The position numbers were made by a program, and so were the translations under genes. A stretch of DNA of 64,000 bases from Heterodontus francisci (lineage: Eukaryota): assembly GCF_036365525.1 (NCBI RefSeq), contig NC_090390.1, positions 74,712,918-74,776,917 on the forward strand, in the 5' to 3' direction. The notes under the pieces were generated by a model that saw only the letters and a list, made by a program, of their open reading frames with translations, had not been told where the DNA came from and did not search any database. Positions 11,621-23,220 of the stretch are shown piece after piece (position 1 is the first letter of the stretch; every line of letters begins with the position of its first letter).

Positions 11621-12104
11621 GTTTCTGTGGAACAGTAAGCTAAGTGGTGGAATGGCCTCCCCAATCTGTCCCTATCTTTCTACAACTGCTACACATTGAA
11701 GCGTGTGGTTATCGCCATCACTGGTCTGAGGCACATAGGCTCAACCGTGATGGTCTTTGTTGAAACAGTACAACTTGGAAGTGCAACTTGGATTGTTGGC
11801 TAGGAAGGTGATTCAGGTCTGGATGGACATTTGGCAGTGAAAGGGATTGAAGTGTATGAGAGAGCATACAATATGGTACTTTCCAAACTTTTGAGAATAG
11901 CCAGATGACCATAATAGTTTCTTCCAGTGCCATGCATTCCTGTTGAAAAGTAGGATTAGGTGCTGCACAAAAGTGGGTGTAATCAGAGCAAGGAATTTCA
12001 ATGTTCATTTTCATATAAATGATTTTGGCAAACTCCTTGCTCCTGTTAGACAACATTATTATAATCGAAACAATGTGTAGGTGTGTTTTTTTAAATGAAT
12101 AAGA

Positions 12105-12510
12105 GGGATAGTAGCATTGGCTGAGTGACAGGAAACAGAGAGTAGTGGTGACAGTTGTTTTTCGGACTGGAGGACAGTAGATAGAGAGTTTCCCCAGGGT
12201 CGGTATAGGGACCACTGCCTTTCTTGATCTGCATTAATGACCTAGACTTGGGTGTGTGGGGCACCATTTCAAAATTTACAGATGACACAAAACTTGGAAG
12301 TATTGTGAACTGTGAGCAGGATAATGATAGACTTCAAGAGGACATAGACAGGCTGGTGGAATGGGTGGAAATGTGGCAGATGAAATTTAATGCAGAGAAG
12401 TGTGAAGTGATACATTTTGGTAGGAGGAACGAGAAGAGGCAATATAAAATAAAGGATGCAATTCTAAAGGGGTTGCAGGAGCAGAGGGACTTGGGGTCTG
12501 TGTGCAAAAA
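12105..12510 (+). mobile_element. CR1 LINE reverse-transcriptase fragment (pseudogenic)
   Basis: ORF 12224-12517 INDLDLGVWGTISKFTDDTKLG...LQEDIDRLVEWVEMWQMKFNAEKCEVIHFGRRN is a typical CR1 RT C-terminal region; FADD is mutated to FTDD. Confidence 0.9.
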
Positions 12511-12779
12511 TGGTTGAAATTGAAGAAGCTTACAGTAATCTACCTGCCAAGCTGGGAGTGAGTCAAGGATTGGGCAAAGGGATTTAATCTTTGAAGCTCA
12601 ATTCCCTCACTCCACGCTCACAAACATCCCTAAATGTACTTAGGGAGGATTATACTGATTTTTCACATGATCTTAAATGGATTTGCATGTTTATCAGTGC
12701 AGCATGGTTACTCTAGGTTGTACTTTCGGAAAGATAGAACTTATATTCATTTAGAATCTTGACATCCTCATCACATCAG

Positions 12780-13640
12780 TTAAGTATCTCATTCGCACCA
12801 CTGACAATCAGAACTCCGTCAACACCACAAGCGAGTCTCCACCTAGAAATGGCCCTGATAATAATGGGGAAGCAGGAAGATTGTGGCGTGTGTAGTAGCA
12901 TGGGGAAGAACCCCGAAGATTGAGGATGTGGAGGCCCTGCTGTTAAGTGAATTTTGTGCAGGCTCCTGCCAGCCAACCAGTTAAAGTGACAACCTGGGAG
13001 GGAAATCAGGGATGAGGAAACTGAAGGCTTCCTTGTGAGGCCTGGGAGAAGCACTCCTCTCACAAAATGTGCTAAAAGGAGATGATCTTCGGCACTTACC
13101 GTGGCCAGTCTCAGATCTGCTGGCAGGAATCCCCAACATGTGCCTACCCCCCCTGACTTAGTGCTAAGTTTAACTCGCGGTGCAGTGATGTCATTTGAAT
13201 GTTAATTTTCAGGAGCCTAGTCAGTGGCTTGATTACGTTTGTAAAAATGTAGATGGACAGGAATGAAGTCGGATTTCTCAATCCCAATATTTTAACTACC
13301 CCCTCCCCCACCCCAGCTCTCGCCTGCCCATTGGAGTGGGGTGGGGGAATCAAAAATGAGGCCAGTCTGCTTAATTACTGGAATGGGGCTTGAACGCACA
13401 ATCTTCTGACTCCGAGGGCCTGCCTGACTGGCCCCTCTAAAATATTTAATTATCATTACACCTCCAAGGGCGCCTGCATTTTGAGGTGCCCTCTTGATCT
13501 CCTACCTGTCTCAGCAGCACCCACCTTTCTCGATGCGGCTGCCGAGGCTCTAGTGTTGCTGGCCCTTTGATTGAGAGCTTGCCAACCTTCCTTGAGTGGA
13601 CAACGAGTTTGGCATCTGCTGGCTGTTGAGTGATTTGACC
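12780..13640. mobile_element. Degenerate GC-rich repeats with a short DeuSINE head (~13376-13415, minus strand)
   Basis: Motifs shared with other GC-rich elements; TIR-like end caaaaatgaggcc near 13351-13363. Confidence 0.35.
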
Positions 13641-13764
13641 TTTACAATCCTACCTGGTGTTAATCACTCTTTGCGTGAATTTTTTACTTCAATCTTGGAA
13701 CTGCTCTTTGACCAATTCCTATCCATGACCCTCGTCTCACAGTCAATGTTAGCTCGGACCTGCA

Positions 13765-14175
13765 GGACAAAGTAGCCCGCTGATTGACATCCCATCCACC
13801 ACCTTAAACATTCATTCCCTCCACCACCGATGAACAGTGGCAGCAGTGTGTACCATATACAAGAATCACTGCAGCAACTAACCAAGGCTCCTTAACAGCA
13901 CCTTCGAAACCCGCGATCTCTACCACCTCAAAGAACAAGGGCAGCACCTGCATGGGAAGACCACCAGCTGCAAGTTCCCCTCCAAACCACACACCATCCT
14001 GACTTGGAACTATATTGCTGTTCCTTCACTGTCGCTGGGTCAAAATCCTGGAATTCCCTCCATATCAATACTATGGTCGTACCTACACCACAAGTACTGC
14101 AGTGGTTCAAGAATGGATGGGCGATAAATGCTGACTATGCCAGTGATATCCACATCCCATGAACAAATAAAAAAA
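13765..14175 (+). mobile_element. 3' fragment of the CR1/L2-group LINE family
   Basis: caggacaaagtagcccgc...cacatcccatgaacaaataaaaaaa, matching 44925-45346. Confidence 0.85.
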
Positions 14176-15094
14176 GTGTTCAACTTAAAATACTGCTGCA
14201 AATTTACCTTTTCTATGCTGCTTTGTAACTTGTAGAGCCCGACAAGATTCCTTCTCAGTTACTTCTTTTCAAGGTTGATTGGAGCACCTTACAGCACCAG
14301 CAGGGCAATCTTGTGCTCTACTTATTTTGCTTAGAGTGCAGCATTCTGTCAACGTTATGGATTGCAGTTTCCCCATGACTGGATATGCTCAGTATTCAGT
14401 CTACCATAGCTCCCAGATCTCTATCAGTTTCTCCACCATTCATTGAGTAGTTGTGTCTCCTATCCCATGGGCTTGTGCCCTATGCTACTATTCTCTCTCT
14501 GTGGTTAAAAGCTTTCTAATTCCAACAGTGCAAGATTTGCAAGTAGCCCTTGCTTTCTTTATAATGTTCGAAATGTAGCTCAAAGAGAGAGGACAGAGTC
14601 TGACAGTTTGGAATCCATTGATGGATCTTCCCCTCAGCAATCCAGGCAAACAATGGCAGCAGAAGTTTCACAGACAGACATTCACACAGAAGTACAATTT
14701 GCAACAGGCACATTTAAATAAAAGTGATTTTGTGTCAGATTGCGCCCATGTGAACTGCAGAAATAAAATGCCATCTCAGGGATTCAACATAAAGAGTGGA
14801 GGAGGGAAACACCATTGGCTGCAATGGTTTGGCATGAGCCGAGTTAAGTTAGTATTGACCTAGTTTCTACTGATATAAGTCATACACATAAAAGGGATCT
14901 TGACAAGCAACATTAAGCTGGCAAGTATACACCACAGGGGTCACTCTGAGTTTGGCCAATAGTGTGAACAAGCGATAGTGAATCGCCAGCACTATTTTCA
15001 GTTCTATTGAAATCATCAGGAATAAAAATTGGGAGAGATGTAAAACAGGCTGCTGTTCATTGTATCCGTTTTACAGTGTTGCGTAAAATCAAAG

Positions 15095-15378
15095 TTACTC
15101 TCTGCCCTCAAGTGGAGGTAAAAGATCCGTGGCCTTATTTTGAAAATGATCAGGGGAGTTCTCCTGAGCAATATTTATCCTTCAACCAACATCGTTTAAA
15201 CAAATGATCTGGTCATTACTACAATGCTGTTAATGGGAGCTTGCTGTGCACAAATTGGCTGCAGCAGTTTCCACATTGCAACATTGATTACACTTGAAAA
15301 GTACTTCATTGGCTGTAAAGCACTTGGTGATGTCAGAAGGCCCTAAAAGGTGTTACATAAATTGTACATCTTTCTTTT
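15095..15378 (+). mobile_element. DeuSINE (SacSINE1-like), 5'-truncated
   Basis: ctctgccctcaagtggaggtaaaagatcc...gggagcttgctgtgcacaaattggctgc...cttcattggctgtaaagcac. Confidence 0.75.
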
Positions 15379-16377
15379 CCAACATGGGCTTCCCTCCCCA
15401 AAATGAGCTCATATAATTCAAGGAATAAATGTCTGTATTTTCTGTCTGTACTTTACTGCCAATGTGTTAGGAGTTTATCAACACTGCATTAAACAGTTAG
15501 CACAGGTGCACCAGAAATAAATCATTACAAATCAATCACTAATCTGTTTTGTAGGTAGCAGAGGCCTGGTTTCAGTAAATTAGCAGCATAATATCAGAAC
15601 CAAGATATTAAACTGGAAGCGACTGACACCTCTTGCCTCTATTTCAGTTCCCTTTGATAAAAAGATGATTTGCTGAAGTGGTAACTCACATCTCATTATT
15701 ACCAGACTGTGAAGTGAGCAGCAATAGCTGGTGGTCAACTTTCTAAAATATTGAACGAAAACATAATCAGATACAAGAACAAATCGTGCTCATTCCAGAG
15801 ATTTAAGCTCAATAGTTTAGGTCATGCACAAGCGCTCTTTGTTCAATGCATTCGTGGCTCAGTTACATTGTTAGCATTTCATATTACCAACGTGAAAAAG
15901 TTGCAAATTCGAAATCGATTATGATTCAAAACCAAGTTCGAAGGTCAACTTAGCTTAGCTGCTAGCACTTTTGCATCTGAGTCAGAAAGTTGTGGGTCCA
16001 AACTCTACTCTGGGGAGTGTTGCACTGGCACGGGTGGCTCTGATAGAAGCAGAACTCAATGGGTAAAATGTCTTTAATTCATCCTTTCCATGTGAAACTT
16101 TAGACAGGCCAAATTTTGTGAATTGAAAGCAGATTTCCGTGAGTGGTACCTCAAGGGAAGTTTGCCGTATCTGTAGCAATTAGATTGCCCAGACTAAAGC
16201 CTCTGAATTTAGCCTTTGAATTCACACTAATCCAATTATAAATCTTTTGAATGACAATGGGCATAATATTTCTAAACAAGAATCATTTCAACTGCAGGCA
16301 GCTGTGAAAGAATTCAAACTTACAGGTGTATAATGGATGAGCCATCAAAATGAGTTCCAGTCCAAAGAGGAATATAT

Positions 16378-16740
16378 AAGAAAATAAGTAATAGGAGTTG
16401 GAGTCAGCCATTTGGCCCCTCAAGCCTGCCCACCACTTGAAAGGATTATGGTTGATCCTCTATCTCAACACCACCTTCCCACATTAATTCCACATCCCTT
16501 AATTCCTTCAGTACCCAAAAATTGATCAACCTTGGTCTTGAATATGCTCTGAATGTGTTCAATGACTGAGCATCTAAAGCTCTCTGGGGTGGAGAATTCT
16601 ACAGATTCCCAACCCTTTGAGTGAAGAAATTTCTCTACATCTCAGTCCCGAATGGCAGACACCTTAGTCTGAGATTGTTACTTTTTGTTCTAGATTCCCC
16701 AGCCGGGGGAAAATTTTCTCACAATCTACCCTGTCTACAT
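16378..16740 (-). mobile_element. CR1 LINE 3' fragment
   Basis: Reverse-complement CR1 3' region, homologous to 34474-34772 and 51193-51562. Confidence 0.75.
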
Positions 16741-18069
16741 TGTTTAAAGATTAGAAAACCCTGGTCGAAGCTGACAGGATGTGTCAATTAACACGCAGCC
16801 TGTCCCACACAACTTGTGCATCACAATATGGACACTCCACAGCCCATCTCCACCTGAAACCAAGTGATTTCCATGTTGCTGAACACTTCCCTTGGACTCC
16901 TGTTTTAATTTCACACTCCTGAAACAACCCCAATCTGCTGCGAACTGGCTATGCTGAGTCCCAGATTAATGCCAGATACTCGGCCTCAAAGAAAACTGGA
17001 ATAAGATCGAAGGCTGGTGCTCCGAATGTGATGAGGAGCGTTGGCATCCTGATGGGCACTTCCTGTCCTGGACCCCTTGAAAAAAAAGTGTTTTTTATTT
17101 AATTAATGATAATTATTACAAAGGGACTGGATTTTCTGGTCTGTGTGGGCTGGCAAGTACCTGACAAGTGCCCCTGGTAACAGACGCTAATCCGCAATAT
17201 GTAAACTGGATGACCTTCCACTAACCCCTCATACTCTGGCCGTGTCAGCGACAGATGTGATCCCAGCATAAATACCAAATCGTATCCTGCAGCAATTTCT
17301 TGGCCTACCTCTTTGAAGCAGCTTATTGAGAGTACTCCATCCAGAATATATATGCCATCTTTTCCTTCAATCCTTATGTCAGTTTTCAAGTGCAGAGTGC
17401 ATCCATTAACTCTATTTCAGTTACTGATACTTAATTCCATGCAGTAGGCTAGAATATTGCCTTACCTCCATACAAATATTGCACCAAAAAGTCTATTTCC
17501 TCCAACAATATTCCCTATTATCCAACTGTGCAAGAAAAATGTTCAGAAGAATATATTTGAAACTTTGTGGATTGATTCAATCTTTCTTATTTTATAAGTT
17601 ATAGGGATTTTGCTTTCAATGATCACTGCTTATAAGGACCAGATATAGGAACCAAATTCCATTAGCCAAAACCCATTCATATTTTGTATCCTTTTCCCCC
17701 ACCACCAATCAGAGAGAAAGGGAAAATACTTACAAGAGAAATTATAATGGTATTGCCTGTTGTTTGTTAGACTGCTCACCTTAAATTTTAAACTCTAAAT
17801 AGCTGAGCAGTACTGAGGGTAGGCACTTCCAATATATGTGAACCAATGTTTCAGACATTCTATTCATGTTTACTATTAACATTCCTTCCGTTACATGAAA
17901 CTAATTTTTATTCAAGAGCATCTTGGATGGTTTGACAGTTTGTGCTGTTTATTGATCAGTTGCTTAAATCCACAGAACGCTGATCAAAGTAGCTGTGTGT
18001 TATTCACAGATTTAGCCTGCAAAATTTATCATAACAGGTTTTCACTGTCGTTATCCCATCAGTTTCTTG

Positions 18070-18445
18070 CATAGAATTTACAGCACAGAAAAACAGGCCA
18101 TGTGGCCCAACTGTCTATGATGGTGTTTATACTCCACATGACCCACCTCCTATCCCTCTATCAGCATAACCTTCTATTCCTTTCTCCCTCGTGCACTAAG
18201 CTGGGTTCCCCTCTAATGCATCCATGCTATTCACCTCAATTATTTCATGTGGTAGCAAGTTTCAAATTCTAACCTGAATTCTTTATTGGATTTATCAGTG
18301 ACTCTCTCATATTTATGGCCCTTTGTTTTGTAGTCTTTTGTAGTCTACTCTATTAAACCCTGTCATAATTTTAAAAACCTCTATTACTTCACCCTTCTCT
18401 TTCCCAGAGAAGAGAGGCCTGGCCGTTTCAGTCTTTCCTGATCAT
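18070..18445 (-). mobile_element. CR1 LINE 3' fragment (degenerate)
   Basis: catagaatttacagcacagaaaaacaggcc...; the reverse complement matches 20610-20975. Confidence 0.65.
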
Positions 18446-18769
18446 TAAATTGTCTTACTGTATTCTTTTCCTTTTGTATAATTCTAAATCTTGTAAATGC
18501 ATTTAATAACTAGTTTTAGCCTGAATGATGGTCTGATCGCACAGCATTTCCCATCTGTCAGAGAGAGCAGGAAGCCTGTACAATTCCAGGCACAAAGTAA
18601 CTTGGTTAAAAATAATGGCTAATTCTGTTGCACACAACTCACATTCGCGGATAAAGTTATAATCATAGATAAAGGTATAGGAGATATAAGCCTGCCGATG
18701 GAAACTGCAGCTTGCTGTGTTTGTGAATACAGTTGAGAGAAAACCCATTTGTAAAAGTGTCTTCATTTG

Positions 18770-19030
18770 GATAAAGTGTTGAATTAAGACTCCAGCTGCC
18801 TGTTGAGATGGACATAAAGAACCCATGGCATTATTTGAAGAAGAGCAGAGAGTTTTACATTTGTCCAACCAATATTTCTCCCTCACCACCACCATAAAAA
18901 ATGGATTAATTGGTCTTCATCTCTTTTCTGTTTACGGGATCTTGCTGGGTGCAAAATAGTCACTATGCTTGCCCACAAAGCAGTGGGAACTTCACTTCAG
19001 TAATTAATGTGAAGCACATTAAGAGGCTTC
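18770..19030 (+). mobile_element. Degenerate DeuSINE
   Basis: ggacataaagaacccatggcattatttgaagaagagcag...caatatttctccctcacc...gggatcttgctg. Confidence 0.6.
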
Positions 19031-19424
19031 AAGTCCAGTTGGTCATACAGTTTGTGCTTCACATGCGCTCCAATATATCTCAGTTAGTCCACTGTGTGCT
19101 ACTCATTTCATTTTGAATCAACACAATTTTAGCAGAGAGCTGATGTTACTACCAGCTTTTTGCCAACATTAAGATTTAACTGACATTAAGTTGCTCATCA
19201 TTGCTGTCCTGACAAAAACCTGGGACTTGGCCATGTAATTGCCATCTGCTATCTCCACATTGCACTGTCTAAGTACCCATTTGAGACAGGTGCTTGTAGC
19301 ATAACTGGCCCCTGTAGACTAGACAAATAAGTACCAATCACATGGCAAATGTGCCAATTGGAAATGTTAACACACCAAGAACATGTGCACTCTTCAGTGA
19401 ACAGACCTGAACTTAGAAATTCAG

Positions 19425-19735
19425 CAATAACAAATTATAGTGCGTCTTTAACATAGTAAAATGAAATTTGACACCAAGCCAGGTAAGGAGATATTAGAAC
19501 AGATGGTCAAAAGTTTGGTCAAAGAGATAGGTTTTAAGAAGCATCTTAAAAAGGGGAGAGAGGCGGATCGGTTTAGGGAGTGAATTCCAGAACTTAGAGC
19601 CGAGCCAGCTGAAGGCATGGCTGCTAATGTTGGAGCAAAGAAAAATGGGCAAGTGCAAAAGGCCAGAATTGGAGGAGTGCAGAGATCTCTGAGAGCTGTA
19701 GGGCAGAAGGAGATGACAGAGATAGTGCAGGAAAG
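19425..19735 (-). mobile_element. L2-type LINE 3' fragment
   Basis: Homologous to 345-700. Confidence 0.7.
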
Positions 19736-20609
19736 GACAAGTGCTGACTTAGGAGAAAGCAGGAAGAAACTGTTTCCCCAGTGGTAATTTTGAGGTTACA
19801 TTTTGAGGTCCAGTGCAGTAAGCTGTGTACCAGCCGCTTCATTGAGTCAGAACAGTTTGATGCAACATTAAACTACAATAATCTAACTGATTTGAGATCA
19901 CTTGTTGATGCAAGATATGGTTATCTTTTACAACTGGCCATTTGAGTTCTTCTGGTATTTGCTAAAAGATTGGAGTAAGTTAGAGTCTCAATGCATTTCC
20001 ATGCTGCCTGTTCCACCAGCATCCCTTTAACGCCTACTAGGCTTTGCAATAGAACCACTGGATTTCCCATCCCCTCCAATTGGTGAGCTTCTCTAAAGAC
20101 ATAGATGTTAATGAAGTCTGACCACAAACATGGTTTGGGACCCAAAATGCTCCACCTGTCTCGTCCCCAGTGAAAGCACTTACCTGAAAATCAACCCTGG
20201 TGTGTCTACTATTTGCACATGGGGTCGATCGATCTTTCTAAGTCCATTGATCTCAATGCCACAGGTTGGATTCTGGTATTTATTTTTATTTTCTCTTCTC
20301 ACTCTCAGACTGCCCAGGCCGCTCACCATTTCTCAGTTCACACAGGAGGGTGTCCGGTAATATTCCTCAGGAGTTAGCTGCTGGGAAGTGACCGTGAATG
20401 ACTCAGGTGAGCAGCTCATCCTCCTGCGTCCTTCCCTCTCTATTCAGGGAAGTGCCTCCCTTTCACTTGGCGACTCAGAGATGAGAATACTCATCATGTG
20501 ATCAATGGGAGCTGGGAGGAGCAGAGTTAGAACCACACCCTCTTAATTTGCAGCACAAACATAGAAAACACTGAAAAAGAGATGTCTAGGCTACATAGGT
20601 TACTGCTTC

Positions 20610-20975
20610 TGATAGAGGTCTTTAAAATTATGAAAGTGTTTGATAGGGTAGATGTAGAGAAGCTGTTCCCACTTGTGGAGGAGTCCAAAACTAGGTGCCA
20701 TCAATATAACATTATTCTTATTGGATTTATTAGTGACTAAGGAGAAACTTCTTTACCCAAAGAGTGGTTAGAATGTGGAACTAACCACCACATGGACTAG
20801 TTAAGGTGAATAGCATAGAAGCCTTTAAGGGGAAGCTAGATAAGTACATGAGAGAGAAAAGAAGGATATGCACATAGGGTTCGATAAAGAAGGGTGACAG
20901 GAGGCTTGTGTGGAGCATAAACACTGACGTGGGACAGTTAGGCTGAATGTCCTGGTTCTGTGCTGTAAATTCTAT
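20610..20975 (+). mobile_element. CR1 LINE 3' fragment
   Basis: gatagaggtctttaaaattatgaaag...ttctttacccaaagagtggttagaatgtggaac...ggctgaatgtcctggttctgtgctgtaaattctatg. Confidence 0.8.
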
Positions 20976-21693
20976 GCTGCTCTATGTCTGCTTCGGTCAT
21001 ACGAATGCTATTCCAGAAAGATCTGCCTGGGTTCTGCCTGTTCCTTCCAATCTGATAAACCCCGATGTCTTCCTCGAACAGGTCAAACTCGGAACCACCT
21101 CAACCCCCAGAAAACTAAGAAACAAAGAACCTGGTTCCCTCCTCAACTCTCTAGCGCCGCTTCTGAAGTACCCAACCACCCGGCCTTACGGAGTGACGGG
21201 CAACCCACCAGTTGAAAGCTCACGGGCCTTCTGGTTGACAAGTGCGATTGAGCCAACAGGCTGCTGAAGTTGCTTCTTGTACAGAATTACAGCAGAGGAT
21301 GATTGAAAGCACCTCATCACCAGTGACCCACTAATAGCAAGCTTGTCCAATTGAGCTCACACCTCACCAATTGGCTTAGAAGTGGAGATACATTTCATTT
21401 GGACTATTCTCCATAAGCGCTTTATCATTATGTGCAATTTGTAATGGGAAGAGCAAGACATTCAAGCTTAGTGCAGAGACTTATTAAATGTGCTGTAGAT
21501 CTGCTACGGTGTTAATAAATATTATGTGATTAGCTGAAAAATTAGATTTTTCATTTTATTAGCCACAGAAGAATTGGATTTTTTTTATCATATAAAATGT
21601 TCATGGATGACTCTCTATAATGATTCTTTTAAATAATGAGTCACTTTAAGGTAAAATCACAGTACCATTCCTGCTTTATATTAAAATATGTGT

Positions 21694-22132
21694 GTCAGCT
21701 GTGGTTCAGTGTGTAACACTCTGGCCTCTCAGTCACAAAGTTCTGGGTTCAAGTCCCACTCCAGGGCTTGAGGATAAAAGTCAAGGTTGACACTCCAGTA
21801 CAGTGCTGAGGGAGTGCTGCATTGTTGGAGGTGCTGTCTTTTGGACAAGATGTCAAACCAAGGCCTCATCTTGGATGGATGTAAAAGATCCAATTGTACT
21901 ATTTCAAAGAGCAGGGGAGTTATCCCTCATGTCCTGTCCCTCAATCAACATCACAAAAACAAATTATCTGTTCATTATCACATTGCTGTTTGTGGGAGCT
22001 TGCTGTGCCCAAATTGGCAGCAGCATTTCCTACATTACAACAGTGACTATACTTCAAAAGTACTTCATTTTCTATAAACACTGAGATGTCTAGTGGTCAT
22101 GAAAAGTGCTATATAAAGGCAAGCTTTTTTTT
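21694..22132 (+). mobile_element. DeuSINE (SacSINE1-like), near full length
   Basis: tRNA-like head with GGTTCAAGTCC B box, Deu-like body cagtgctgagggagtgctgcattgttggaggtgctgtc, L2-like tail. Confidence 0.85.
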
Positions 22133-22224
22133 ATATTACTGTATGTGAAATGTATGGTTAATATTTATTTATGCATTAATGATAAAAGGACTTTCATGCT
22201 TCAACCTTCAATTAAGTGTAGTCT

Positions 22225-22745
22225 TACGCATGGAAACGATGAGCTGAATGGTCTCCTTCCGTGCTGTCACCATTCTATGATTCTATGATATAGGCAAATG
22301 AGGAAGTCAATATCCATAAGGCAAGGTTTTACAACAATATTGAGATAAAGGACCAGATCTTTTTCTTTTTGTAATGTTGTTGAAGGATAGTGCTTGTAAA
22401 GGGACAACGTACAGGTCTATGGGGAAAGAGCTGCCAAGTGGGACTAATTGAATAGCGCTTACAAAGAACCAGCACTGGCATGATGGGCTGAATGGGCTTC
22501 CTACTGTGCTGTATGATTCTATGAATGTTGGTAGGGGAACAAGGAACACCCCTCTTCATAGGATCATGCGACTTTTCACATCCACCCGACTAGGCAGGTG
22601 AGCCCTCAGTTTAACATTTTCATTGGAAAGATAGGATTTAGAACAATGCATCGTTCCTCAGTACAGTATGCAAGCTCCTAATGTGAAGCTTGAATCCATA
22701 ACCTTCTAACTCAGTGCTGGGAGTGCTCCCACTAACCCGAGCTGA
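22225..22745. mobile_element. Cluster of CR1 3' tails (+, 22225-22290 and 22395-22525) and a DeuSINE 5' part (-, 22555-22745)
   Basis: gggctgaatgggcttcctactgtgctgtatgattctatga tails; reverse-complement DeuSINE head. Confidence 0.6.
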
Positions 22746-23029
22746 CATTATGAACTGAAAGGGGTGTTTCATTTGGTCTTTTCTCTCCTACCTCTTCTCC
22801 CTTCATCTACTCATCTTTGCCCTAAGCTACCATGAGCACCAGTCGCCTTGTTGTACCTCACCCAAGTGGGCATTAGTCACATGCAGATATCAAGAGGATT
22901 TTCAACTACAGTGGGTAGTATTGGTGAGTTTGATTCTGTCCTCATGCGATGTTCATGGTTGCACACTTCCAGCAAGGCTGCAGAGAAGAGGGTGGGGTTG
23001 GTGGATGGTGGGGGAGGGATGGGGGCGTG

Positions 23030-23220
23030 CTCTCCAGATAGCAAACAGGAGATTGGGAAGGTTTTCCTTTTCCTAACCCAGAAGAAGCCAATTTCAGCGT
23101 CACTTCCATCGTCCCCAGCTAAGGTCAATGAACCCAGCACAGATCAGGAATTCAACCCTGGGGCCGTTGTGGTCTGCAGGCCTCAGCTATTCACTGGTTA
23201 GAGTGACTGTGCTGAGCCAG
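23030..23220 (-). mobile_element. Degenerate SINE-like repeat (further family)
   Basis: The reverse complement resembles 26020-26140, 52070-52260 and 58240-58310 (gctgagttagctgatc...agggaggg...cagggttcc). Confidence 0.4.

Noticed and set aside
11718-12215. 165-aa minus-strand ORF
   Set aside because: It starts antisense to a CR1 RT fragment, and the remainder has no recognisable features
17099-17420. Minus-strand ORF (KTDIRIEGKDGIYILDGVLSISCFKE...) as an exon
   Set aside because: No polypyrimidine tract before the candidate AG, no recognisable homology, and no partner exons
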